57,067 nt of DNA from Vitrella brassicaformis CCMP3155 (lineage: Eukaryota > Protista > Chromerida): contig CDMY01000530.1 in NCBI GenBank assembly GCA_001179505.1, positions 1-57,067 on the forward strand, in the 5' to 3' direction. The first letter of the stretch is position 1; every line of letters starts with the position of its first letter. A model generated the notes under the pieces. It did not search any database, was not told the DNA's origin, and saw nothing but the letters and a program-made list of their open reading frames with translations. The translations under genes were made by a program, and so were the position numbers. This document shows positions 1-11,256 of the stretch, piece by piece.

Positions 1-457
1 AGGGCCACCCGGTAGCCTGGCTTGCCGATGAGGCGCTCGGCGCTCTTCTCGGTGAGCCACACGTGGCGGTGCTCTGGCTTGGCGGTCATGTCGGTGGGGT
101 CGGCCAGCGACTGCGAGTGACTGCGGTCGATCTCGATGGCATCCCAGTGCTCCTCAAGGCGATACAGAAGGGACTCGGGCGTGAAGGGCGGATCAGCTGC
201 ATCAGAAACACAGCATGCCCTCGCACTGCAGTGCATGCGACTGGATCTGTTTGGCTTACTACTCATGGCGACGCGCTGGCGACGGCCGGACAGCACACCA
301 AGGGATGTGTAGCACACGCTTCTGTGACATTCCTACCGCGGCAATGCCAGGGGATCCTCCGCCCCAAGCCATAATGGCACTGCGAGCCAGAACTGCGAAT
401 CTTGAGCGAGAGATGGCTCGAAGAGGCCTCCCCGTGTTCCACTGCCACCTTGGCATG
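1..457 (-). CDS. 5' part of an unknown gene running off the left edge
   Basis: Open exon 196..1 (DPPFTPESLLYRLEEHWDAIEIDRSHSQSLADPTDMTAKPEHRHVWLTEKSAERLIGKPGYRVA) follows a cag acceptor at 199-197. An upstream donor lies at 336. The start codon is unresolved. Confidence 0.5.
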
Positions 458-651
458 GTGCCTCCCTGGGAGTGTGCCACAGTCACCCAGATCTTGTCAT
501 CTTGCTGTGGGTCGTGGGCGAGTTGAAGAGAGATCTGCAGCAACACAGCAGCCACAGAGAGAGGTTTCAAGCTTCCGCGGTTCCGGGGGGTGCGGAGCAA
601 GCGAGAGCGAGCTTGTATTCGACCATTCGAGATTCATCATTTCGCGTCCCG

Positions 652-3141
652 ATGGCTGGCACTGACTCACAGGTGGGGCGCTGTGTTGCCTTACATGGCC
701 TTTTCTGCCTGATCTTTGTGTTTGCTTATGTGATTCAGAGTGCTTGGATGAGAGAGGCCGCGCCAGTCAACGAGCATCATGACGGCAACCAAACACAAGT
801 ACGTGAAGCACCTGTGCAGATCCATGATGAGTCAGTGCTGCAGTATGATCCCGTGTCTGTTGTTGGTCAGGCTGGCCTGTCACTCACTGCCGCCCCTGCA
901 GATGAGTCACATGAGCAGCAAGAGGGATCACCCGTCGGGCCTGCAAGTGAGTCGACAAGATGCCGATCGCGTTTCGCTTCGGACGATCTGTTGACTGATC
1001 CACCACCACTAGTGCGCACTGGCTTGCAAGTAGGCAGACTTCAGAGGCGTCGACGACATGCATGCGTCTGCCTTCCTGGTGCTGTCGTTCACTTCAGCCC
1101 TCTAGTGGTGATTTTTCATTGCCGGTGCCATCAGCAGCTCCTGGCCCGCCCGCTCCGGCCGTCGGGCAGCCAGGAACAGCGCAGGTGAGGCAACAAGCTC
1201 CAGTCTTTTGTCCTGTGTGAGTACATAGAAGGCCTTCTTTCCGCTCTGTGTATATGTGTCTGTCAGTATCCTTCCGCCTCCCCACTTCCTCGTGCCATGC
1301 CACACATCGGTCATGGGATAGTCATCACGCAGTGGTCGTCACGCAATCGCCTTCAGTCCCTCCCGCCATCACAGCCTACAACACCAACGACAGCGCCGTC
1401 CTCACATATGGTATGAACCGACAGACGTACGCACACTTCGTCGAATCATCGCACTCTTGTGTTTGTCCAGGTGACGACTGGGAGGGCGGGGGAGGTGTGC
1501 CTTGGAGAGCGGCTGCAGGTGGTGGAGGAATTCAATCGACGCAAGCAGAGCGGGGAGAAGATCTCGATGCCTCAGTTCGCACAAGAGAAGGGCGTGACCC
1601 TCGACCAACTGAAGAAATGGTGCTCTAAGGTGAAAAAGCAGAGGGAGTCGGGCGAGCATGTGATGGACCTCAGAATGAAGCGCACCAGACCCCCAAAGTA
1701 TCCGCAGATCGAGGATGAGATGAGGAAGTGGATGGCGGGCCTGGATGATCCTGCGAGTGTCCGCACGAAGGACATCCAGGCTAAGGCGCTGGAAATTGCC
1801 CTTCGGCTGGGGATCAGCGACTTTACGGCAAGCGATCCCTGGGTCAGGAGCTTCAAGGAGCGATATCAGCAGGTAGGGTGCGGGATGAGGTATATGATTG
1901 TCTCTCATTCTCTTTTGCTGTTTGTCGTCTTCGCCGAGTCTTCCTTTTCCGCATCAGCCCGCCCTTCCAACGCCCATGGCCTTCACTTGCCAGTCAACAG
2001 CAGCATACACACCCGCGAGCGGATTGCACGAGTCGAGTCTGCAGCCGCCTGCACAGGCGAGGCATACGCACACAAAGACATCGAATGCTTATCCCTCATC
2101 CGTTTTCTGTTGCCCGCTGCTTGCCTGCGTTTCCAGAGCCCGTATTTGTCACCCGATCCACCTGCTGCCGCCGCCGCCGCTGCTGCTGCTGCTGCTGCTG
2201 ATGCCGCCCTCTCTGCTGATGAGAGAAGTCCGCTCGACCCATCATGTCACGTACCGATCAGAGAGGACGGGATGCAGCCGTCAGATGTAGGAGAAGGGCA
2301 ACTACACGACTGCTGGTTTCGTCGTACACACATTGTCTGTGTGCTTTGTGTGCAGGCGCTGGATTGGCTCAAGACTTACTTGCGTGAAGCCATCCAGAAG
2401 TCAGTGCGCGAGGAGGACATCGCCCACAGACTGATGTGCACTCAGGTGTAAAAGACTCAAAGGATCATGTGTCATGGATAGATCTCTGTGCGGTCGATCA
2501 CCAGGTCGTTGGGGCGCTGCTCGACCAATTTGATGTATTGAGTGTCGATGAGTCTGAGAGCGATGAAGTACGCCTGCATGCTGTTGTCACCAATGCCTGT
2601 TGCTCACTCTTTCTACTTCACACAGGTCCGTCTCCTTGCTGGGCGCGTCAGCGAGCACCTGCAAGAGCTCTGTTGTCAAAGTGAGCACCAATGTCACGTC
2701 AGGGCCATCCACGAAATACGGTGTGTCTGGTGTCCTGTTATGTGTTTTAGTGGATTGGCCAATCAACGTCACGGCGCCTCAGCAGACTGTCCCCAGGCCG
2801 TCACCCGCCCCACCTCCTGCTGCTGCTGCTGCACCTGCTGTGGGAGTGGGTCAGGGGCCGCATGGTGTGACTGACAGGTCCACCGAGCCTCGTCTGGCCC
2901 AAGATATGTCCACACACAGAGAACAGGTCCTCCATTTTCCACATACATAACGGCCTCACACGCATATCGCGTGTTGTGTGTGTGTCTGATATCAGAGTTT
3001 ACCTCTGGCCGAGTCCGTCCCCCAGCCTCTACATCCCCCTCTACCTCCACCCCTTCATCCCCAAATGCAGCCTGCCCACGTGGGCAGGCCGACACCTCTC
3101 CCTCATCAGGAAACATCACGAGCACCAAGTCAAGCGTCTGA
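652..3141 (+). CDS. Multi-exon protein with CENP-B/pogo-type tandem HTH DNA-binding domain, no DDE domain
   Basis: Exon 1471-1872 encodes ERLQVVEEF...FAQEKGVTLDQLKKW then KYPQIEDEMRKWM...IQAKALEIALRLGISDFTASDPWVRSFKERY, the CENP-B N-terminal HTH plus HTH_Tnp_Tc5 pattern. Flanking exons are low-complexity and phase-compatible from ATG 652. The 3' end is uncertain and may splice into the next gene. Confidence 0.7.
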
Positions 3142-3712
3142 CGAGGAGAGTCACTCTGCATACTTGCGCGCAGCGGATGGCTTCATTGGCTCACTTGAAC
3201 CGAGCATTGACACGGTACAGACAGCACTCACACACCGAAGCAGGCAGAGACCCGGAGGTGAGCTGATTGGTTGCAGGCACCGAGACGTCCAGCAGAGCGT
3301 GAGGCAGCAGCCACTGTCGATCAGCAGTCTGAGCACACAATGAGCGTAAGCAAAAGAGCTGCTTTTGGCACCAAACGGGTGTGTCACGTTTTGTTTGTTC
3401 AGGTGGCAGCATCTGAGAGCGGGCTGACTGGGGTGAGACCGCCGGTGAAGATCCAGAGGAGCGACAAGCGCAGCCATCGGGAGGCTCCACCCTCCGTGGT
3501 CAGTGGAGTTGAAGAGATGAGCACGGATGCAAATGGGCAGCCTTTGTCTCCGCATGTGCAGGTGCTGTCCCGTTCGTGTGCCGAGAGTGTCATCAGCGTC
3601 ACAGCGGATGACTGCCTCAGTGACGGCAGACAGAAGGCAAGACCAAAGAGAGGCAGCAGCTCTGTTGCCAGTCTCATTGTTTGTCTGGCCTTATCACTCT
3701 CGCTATCTGCAG

Positions 3713-4360
3713 GTGATTGCGGGAAGCAGCCTGAGTGCGCCTGAGTGTGTGGCCCTTCACTCCCTATTCGTGGCCGACTCGGCCATATTCGACAAGTGCC
3801 AGTTCACATGCCTGTACAGGTACATACATGGCAAGGCAATAGAGAGGATATCAGGAGGACCACCAGAGGCTGTCTTTGTGACCCCCTTGTCTGACAGGGC
3901 CTCTGTTGACGGCAGCGGCTATGGCGATCTCCTTCGCTGTGTCGGTGATTTGAGCAGCCTCGTGTTTATCCTTCGCAAGAATGGCGATCTTTTCGGCGCT
4001 TATATGGGCAAAGAAATCAAGCTGCCCAACGACTCCGCCCTTGTCAATACTTACGAGTCTGGAGTGTGGCGTTTTTCCCTCGGAGACGCTGCGGTTTATG
4101 ACGACTGGCCGTTTGTGTGCGTGGCTGGCCGCGAGGGGGCTGTGGGCGGAGTGGCAATGATGCAGTTAGGATCTCGTCTTTGCTTGGGCTATGGAGATCG
4201 AGATACTGGCCCTGCTGATGACATGCGCAGCTACGGCCTTTTTGCCGAGCCGGTAGACTCCAGGCTGAGGATGGATGAGCCGTGCGAGTCGTCAGAGGTT
4301 TTCGTCGCTGACGAGCTGGAGGTGCTTCGCGCCGACGCACCAGCAACAAAGCTATCACAG
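3713..4360 (+). CDS. TLDc-like domain exon
   Basis: RASVDGSGYGDLLRCVGDLSSLVFILRKNGDLFGAY...VWRFSL...VAGREG...FVADELEVL matches the TLDc pattern (ASxDG, VFGAY, F..xEIEV). Clean AG/GT ends. Confidence 0.7.
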
Positions 4361-4418
4361 GTCAGAACGACAATGCAGGCCAGGACTGCTCTGACTGCTT
4401 CGTGTGTTTTCTCGACAG

Positions 4419-4824
4419 GACTTCATTGAGAACCTTCGGCGCCGCAATCTCTTCATCTACAACATCCCATCCGACTGGACGGACGATGACCTTGTCAAGG
4501 TTAGACACACAGACAGACAGACAGACAGCCAGACAGCTAGACAGCCAGACAGACAGACAGACAGGCGGGGAGCAGATGACAGCTCTCTTTGTGCGTTTCT
4601 GCAGTTTTTTTCGGAAGTATGGGAATATCGTGTCACCGAAGGTCGTCTGTGATGAGGACACAGGGCGTTCGAAGGGCTACGGCTTTGTATGTTTTGACTC
4701 GCCCGATGCGGCATCAAACGCTATCGACGGCATGGACGGCTCCGTTATCGACGGCAAACGACTCAAAGTCCAGCTAAAGAAGACACGCACGCGCCACTCA
4801 ACCGTGTGGACGCGGGAGAAACAA
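4419..4824 (+). CDS. RRM domain (two exons; frame problem at 4605-4611)
   Basis: RNP2 NLFIYNIP and RNP1 KGYGFVCF, followed by AIDGMDGSVIDGKRLKVQLK. Confidence 0.85.
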
Positions 4825-5788
4825 GGTCAGGTGAAAAATCACCTTCGACAAACCACGTACAGCTGTGTCGTGTTTGTGGGACGGTCCCGTAGATGTGGGA
4901 GACACTCATGACAAGGGTACTCAGCCCACGTCACTCAATGCAGCGCAGCCGCCTCTTCACGCCCATTCTCATCAGGAACCCCAGGAAGGTGAGCACTAAG
5001 TCTCTGCTCGTGTGTATATGTGTGTCTGTGTGTGTATGCAGGTCGCAGCGACAACCCGCCTCGGAGAGGAGGGGACGGCGAGCAGGGGACGTATCCGCCA
5101 GACGTAGGAGAGAGATGCGAACTACACGCCTGCTGATATGTCGCACCCGTTTGGTCTAATGCAGGCGCTGGACGAGCTGAAGTCGTATTTGCGTGAGCTC
5201 GTCCTCGAATTACGGGAGCACAGACTCACCCAGCCGCAGGCAAAGAAGCACCAGTTTTTCACGGCTGATGAATCGGTGAGGACGACTACTGTGTCAGCAC
5301 AAAGATATGGCTGTTGTCCTTGTGTGTCTCGTGTCTTCTCTAGCCCGTGGCTCCCGACCTCCGCCGCATTCGTCAATTCCCAGAATTGCACAAGGTCAAT
5401 TAAGGCATGTGCACAACGGAATTGATTGACCTTATTCGCTTACTGCAGCAAGACGAGTATCGTTGGTCCACTCCGGAAGTGCGGGCGTCTCGGTGGGTGC
5501 GTGACGTGACTCTGAAGCGACATACCCACGTGTGTGCATTTTCAGGCCCTGTTGCAAGACAAAGCTCCCCTTCGCTCACGGCAGGCAAGTCTTCGGACAG
5601 GAGCCAATCGAGGCCAACACATTATCCAATCGAGTCGCACAGAATGACCGTACCAGGGAATCGGAGCGGTCCGGCGTGTTTATTCGTGCTTCGCCGCCAT
5701 CACACCCAATCCCCCAGGCGACAGACAGCCGATTGCAGCTCCCAGCACCGTCACATGATACTCTGCCCAGGGCCTCTGTCAAAGATAA

Positions 5789-6109
5789 CATGTTCTACAA
5801 GACGCAACCCTGCAAGTAAGGGAGAGCGAAGCACACTCGTACAGCCTGCACTGGTCGCCTGTGCTTCAGGTACTGGTCTGAGAATCGTTGCCAGCACGGC
5901 GAGTCTTGTCGGTTCGCGCACGGCCTGCAGGAGCGGCGACCGCTCCCCGACCGTAAGCATTGAGACGCACCGACAAAGTCGCATTACCACACGCATTATC
6001 AGTGAGGTGGTGGCTGTTGTCAGTGAGCAAGACTAAGCTGTGCCGCGACTTTTCGGCGACGGGGAGATGCGACCAAGGGGCATCCTGCCTGTTTGCTCAT
6101 GGCCACCAG
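5789..6109 (+). CDS. Tandem CCCH zinc fingers
   Basis: Spliced FYKTQPCK|YWSENRCQHGESCRFAHG (intron after 5815) and SKTKLCRDFSATGRCDQGASCLFAHG. Confidence 0.85.
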
Positions 6110-6689
6110 GTACATGCAAGACAAGCCAGCGACCAAGCAGATAGTGCGTTGATACTATTTGATGTGCTCAGGAGCTCCGATCGACTCCCAACATCTTCAA
6201 GACTACCCCCTGCAATTTTCATGAGCAGGGCTACTGCAATCTTGGTTCTGCGTGTCGATACGCCCACGGAGTCGACGAGCTTCGACGGCGACCGGGCGAT
6301 GCCTCTAGACTGCCACGGCTGGCTCCGGCGACGTCATCCATGGCGATAGGCATCGGCGGCTCCGCACTTCCGGGCAGGGCGTCACAGCGACAGGTACATG
6401 AGGAAGGGAGAGGTTAGCTTTTTGGCACTTAGTCTGTCCATCTCTCTGTTTGAACACGCAGGCCTCTCCATCTCACTTCAACGGGCCGGGACATTCAACT
6501 AAGGCCTCCCAGCAAGCTGATGATTTGAATCAGCAGCCACACCGGGATGAAGAGGGCGGCAAGGAAGCCGAGACGGGCGGTGCACAGTCCGCTAAACCTT
6601 CCTCACAGCCTGAAGGTGGTCAGGATGAGGGCTATGAGGGAGTCGTCGATGGCCATAGCGGTACGGCTGAGTCAGCCGATGAGGTCTAC

Positions 6690-6903
6690 AACGAGCCACC
6701 CGTCTTGCTCAGGTCAGCCTGCCATATACAGACACAATACGTGACGCCGACCTATATGTACGTAATGCAGATACAAGGACGTCTACGAGTACTACGACAC
6801 TTACACCTCACTGATCGAGGCCGAGGCCGAGGATATAAGGAGCCGCAAAGAGTCGCAAAGACAGGTGGGTGAGTGGGTGGCAACATGCCAGCGCACGCTG
6901 GCG

Positions 6904-6937
<34 letters not shown>

Positions 6938-9684
6938 TTTTATGTGCAGACCAACATCACTGTCCGTTGGGAAGTTGCGTCGAATCGTCGTCGCACGGCC
7001 ATCTTTCTACTTCCCCAGGACGAAAGCAGCATGCGCCCTGTCGTGGGTGATGAACTTGCAATCAAATACACCTACAACGGTAGGCACCTTTCTGCTTAGT
7101 GATTCTGTGTGACATACTGGTGTGGGTGCTGTGTGTTGTGTCAGGTGGTGAGGAATGGAAGCAGGAGGGCCACGTCAAGATGATCACACCTCAGTGGATC
7201 ACGCCACATGAGGAAGTGGTCCTCGAGCTGCGTGGTCCCGTTGGCCAAAACGTACGTGCGTGCAGCACATGGATGGACGGATGGATGGCCACATTTTTGT
7301 CTTGATCAGGGTCCGTGGGAGCACGACATCATACAGCCCTACAGCGTGGAGTTCGTCTCGAAAGCTGTGAATATCGGCCGGTGGGCGGCCCATAGACCCA
7401 CACAGCAATGACCCACACCCACACGCAAAAGACACACACACAAGCCGCCTGCACATTCAGGATGAGGGGTGCCTTGAATTTGCTCGCCCGTGACGAGACC
7501 TCGGTCAGCAACTATCTTTTCTGTAAGCTGCTGGGCAATCTGATTGGCGATGACGAAGTCAAGGAACCTACTATTGAGTATGTCAAGATACGGCTCCAGC
7601 ACACACCTGATGTCATCTGGGTGATGCGAATATGTATCAGGCCGACGCTGCGGGGTGACTTGTCTGTCTCCGGTTTGGCCGAGCTGAACCGTTCGCAGGC
7701 CTTCGCCGTCAAGCAGGCGCTGCAGTTGCCACTGTGCCTCATCCAGGGGCCGCCAGGCACCGGCAAAACCCTCACATCGGCCACGATCGTCTACCACATG
7801 TGCAAACAGGGACAGGTACGTAGCAGCCCACGACACAGCTTTCGTTGCTGTACGCACCGTTTTTGTATTAGGGTCAGGTGTTGGTATGCGCACAATCCAA
7901 TGTCGCTGTGGACAACCTGGCGGAGCGGCTGGATCGAGCACGCCTCAAGGTGACACAGAGAGAAGCTGCACACACGAAGAGACGACGATGCAGCGAGCTA
8001 CCCATCTGCTTATTGCCACCCGCCCATGTGCACTTCCACAGGTGATCCGTTTGTACGCTCGCGGCCGCGAAGACGCGCAGTCGAGTGTGAAGGATCTGGC
8101 CCTCCACAGTCAGATCAGGCGCATTAGCAAGGCTGGTTGGGGTCCCGTGCAGGCAGAAATTGCCATGCTTGAGAGACGGAAGGTACACACACAGAGCCCA
8201 CACGAATTCAATTGCGTCGTTTCTCATTACGCCATCTACCTTCCAATGGAACAACAGGAGGAGAGAGGCGCGTTGCAGAATACGGATGAGTATAGGCTCA
8301 AGAAGCTGCGGGGCAAACTCGAGAAGGAGCTGCTCACTGCCGCCGACGTCATCTGCTGCACATGCATCGTGGCAGGCGACCAACGGCTCGAATGCTTCAG
8401 ATTCAAGCAGGTCAGTGTGTTGGCCTCACTGGCGATATGCGTGTGCATCGATCGGTCTGTCAATCAGGTGCTGATTGATGAGGCAACGCAGGCGATGGAG
8501 CCGGAGTGTCTCGTGCCGATCGTCATGGGCGCCAAGAAGCTGGTACTTGTCGGCGATCAGCGCCAGCTTGGACCTGTGGTGATATGCGAGGCAGTTAAGG
8601 CGGGCCTGTCGCAGTCGCTCTTTGAGCGACTCATCCACCTCGGAAACAAGCCTATCAGACTCGAAGTATGCTGGTCACACACACATGCGCACACAGCGTC
8701 TGATTGTCAATTGATGTGTGACATGTGCAGGTCCAGTACCGAATGCATCCGTGCTTGAGTGCATTTCCCTCTCAGTTCTTCTACGACGGCTCACTGCAGA
8801 ACGGCGTCACGATCAGAGAACGCACCTTTGAGAGCCTTCACTTCCCCTGGCCGAAGTACGCGACAATCAAGCAGAACGATAGACAGACAGACAGACAGAG
8901 GGAGCAATTAGGCTTTTTTTGCATCGATGTGCGGATGCAGCAAGGAGATGCCGATGTTCTTCTACAACTGTACGGGTCCCGAGGAGAAGAGCGGCACGAC
9001 GTTCCTCAACCGCACGGAAGGCGACCACATCAGGGAACTCGTCACTTGTTTCCTCAAATGCGGACTCAAGTAAGCACGCGCACACAAAGCATCGACAAAG
9101 ACGAAAGAGGGACAATCTGTGCTACACGTGCAGGCCGCATCAGATTGCCGTCATCACCCCCTACGAGGGCCAGAGGTCTCATATTGCGGCGGTGCTGGAT
9201 ATGGCCTTAACCTGGGAGGTCTTCAAGGGCATCGAAGTCGCATGTGTCGACGCATTCCAGGGACGAGAGAAGGACTTCGTCATTCTCTCATGTGTCAGAT
9301 CGAACGAAAACCAAGGTCACGCTGACACATTTAACACACTCGCCCATATATCATATGTGCGGCTGCTGGTGTGCAGGCATTGGGTTCTTGAACGATCCTC
9401 GTCGTTTGAATGTGGCTATCACACGCGCGAAGTACGGTCTGGTCATCTGCGGCAATGCCGACGTCTTGGCCGGGGGCAATGTAAGCAAATGATCGACCAA
9501 CGGACCGCACGTATGAAAACGCATGTCAATGCGTCGCTCGTTCTTAGGCACCATGTGGTCTAGCTTGCTGAATCATTTCAAGCAGTACGAGCTGGTGGTG
9601 GACGGCCCGCTGTTCAACCTGAGGCCTTCGTCCATGCCTGTCCCATCACGAAACTGGACCGACGACCGCGCCAATTCACTCAGA
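6690..9684 (+). CDS. UPF1: UPF1-like SF1B RNA helicase core (divergent paralog lacking the CH domain)
   Basis: Spliced exons give PVLLR|YKDVYEY...ESQRQ|[33 protein letters not shown] (motif I), [24 protein letters not shown] (II), [12 protein letters not shown] (III), SLFERL, QYRMHP (IV), [21 protein letters not shown] (V), [20 protein letters not shown] (VI). All are colinear with UPF1. Confidence 0.92.
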
Positions 9685-9986
9685 TGTGGGCGGCATTTGC
9701 GCAATGATTGGTTTTTCTCTCTGTCTCTCTCTCTTGTGTGCGAACACAGATGAGATGTCTGACTATGAGCGCATGCGGCCCGCCGGCCCATTCCAGCCAC
9801 TTGGGTACGCACACCAAACCATCCACGCGACACCTATGCATGTACGTGTGTATGTGTCAGGGGGCCGCCGAAAATGCTCGCTCCTCTCCCGTGCCCCGTG
9901 CCCCGTCAGGACGCATCTCTTCCCCCTGCCCCCAGCAGCAGCATCAGCAACAGGAAGGTGGTGATAGCCGTGGCGGCCGACACGAG

Positions 9987-10198
9987 ACGGCCACGAGCGG
10001 GGGCGGCAAGCGGTTCACACGTGCCGAGCTCTTCGCGTTGGCCAGGCTGCACGAGCAGACGGCCTCGAGCTCATCAACGGGGATCGTCGACAGCAGGAAA
10101 GCGGCAGACGTCAGTGCCGGCGGTGCACTCGGTGTGTGGGGGGCCGCCAAAAGTGAAGCCGAGACAGTCGATGGGAGCAGCACCGAGGCGCCCAACAA
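9987..10198 (+). repeat. Recent ~210 bp duplication (copy 1; copy 2 at 12127-12338)
   Basis: Near-identical sequence acggccacgagc...gaggcgcccaacaat at both positions, with only isolated substitutions. Confidence 0.9.
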
Positions 10199-10559
10199 TG
10201 GAACAGAGGGCCAGGCGAGCGCATCAGCTGCAGAAGCCAAGACGGACCATCCCTCACCGAGCAGACAGTCAGCCACCACACCAACTGCGGGCTCTTCACC
10301 AGCAGTAACGCTTTGCGAGTTGCTCATGCTGGAGTTCATTCAAAGCGCATGTGCCAGTTTCTTTTCGAGACTACCGGTGTCGACTCAGCGCCAGACGAGA
10401 ACAACAGTGGGCAAGACGGAGAGGAGGAGAGTCCAGATGAAGAGCTCGAGATTGAAGAGCTCGAGATGCAGCTGCTGCAGCTTTATCAGCAAAACAGGAG
10501 CACGTGGCCACAGTCGATGCGTCTGCCGGCGGGGGCGACGAGTATGGAGCGACAGGTGC

Positions 10560-11060
10560 AGCAGGGCAGATTTGTGTGCTGCGCCAGGTGTGGCGAGGCG
10601 GGTGCGCACGGGGTCGAGCTGGGCACCTGGGACGAACAAAACTGCCCAGGTAGCACCACAGCGAGAGGCCCCCTTGGTGCTGGTCTAATGGACTGTGGCT
10701 TCTCTTTTGTGTTCAGCCCGTTTGTGTTCTCGCTGCAAAGACTACATCCGGTCGGAGCACACTGACACGGTAACATAACATCAGAGCTGGGACTTGTGTC
10801 GGGTCGGGTCGTGTGGGATGAGGGACTCTGTCTGTGTGTCTGATTTCCCTGGATCAGGTGCAGCATCCAGCGAAACTCGCGCGCAACGAATGGCCAGATC
10901 AGGGCGTCCTGGTCACCTGCATCGACTGCGGCAACCTGGGCCACCTCAACTGCCGCCAGACACCGCAACAAGACAGCCTCACTGCGCCCCGGTGCTGCAA
11001 CTGTGGTGCTTAGGGCCACACGCAGGAGACCTGCATGGAAGCGAGACCTGAGCATTACGT
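10560..11060 (+). CDS. AIR1/2-ZCCHC7-like zinc-knuckle exons with an in-frame TAG
   Basis: CARCGEAGAHG, VTCIDCGNLGHLNC and RCCNCGA*GHTQETC. Exons 10741-10769 and 10858 onward are phase-compatible. The TAG is at 11011-11013. Confidence 0.65.
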
Positions 11061-11256
11061 CGCCGCTCGGTTGGACACAGGCAACCTCAAGGCGAGCGAC
11101 GCGTCTGCCGCTGCCTTCAGGAGACAATGCCACCCGTCACTTGTGCCACGGGTGGGTCAAGCCCTGAGATATCGAGCGCACACCCACACACAAAGGGATC
11201 GAGCAATTGCCCTCACCCATCCCCTCTTTTCCGCTGCCTGCCTGCTTGCCTCCGCA

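Noticed and set aside
5401-5403. In-frame TAA between PELHKVN and GMCTTEL, suggesting another nonsense lesion or reassigned stop
   Set aside because: It lies within a plausible phase-0 intron (gtcaat...ttactgcag, ~5395-5448), so no lesion is required.
5164-5485. Possible LOTUS/OST-HTH-associated domain in ALDELKSYLREL...ELIDLIRLL
   Set aside because: Resemblance is too weak by eye, and part of it probably lies in an intron. It needs a profile search.
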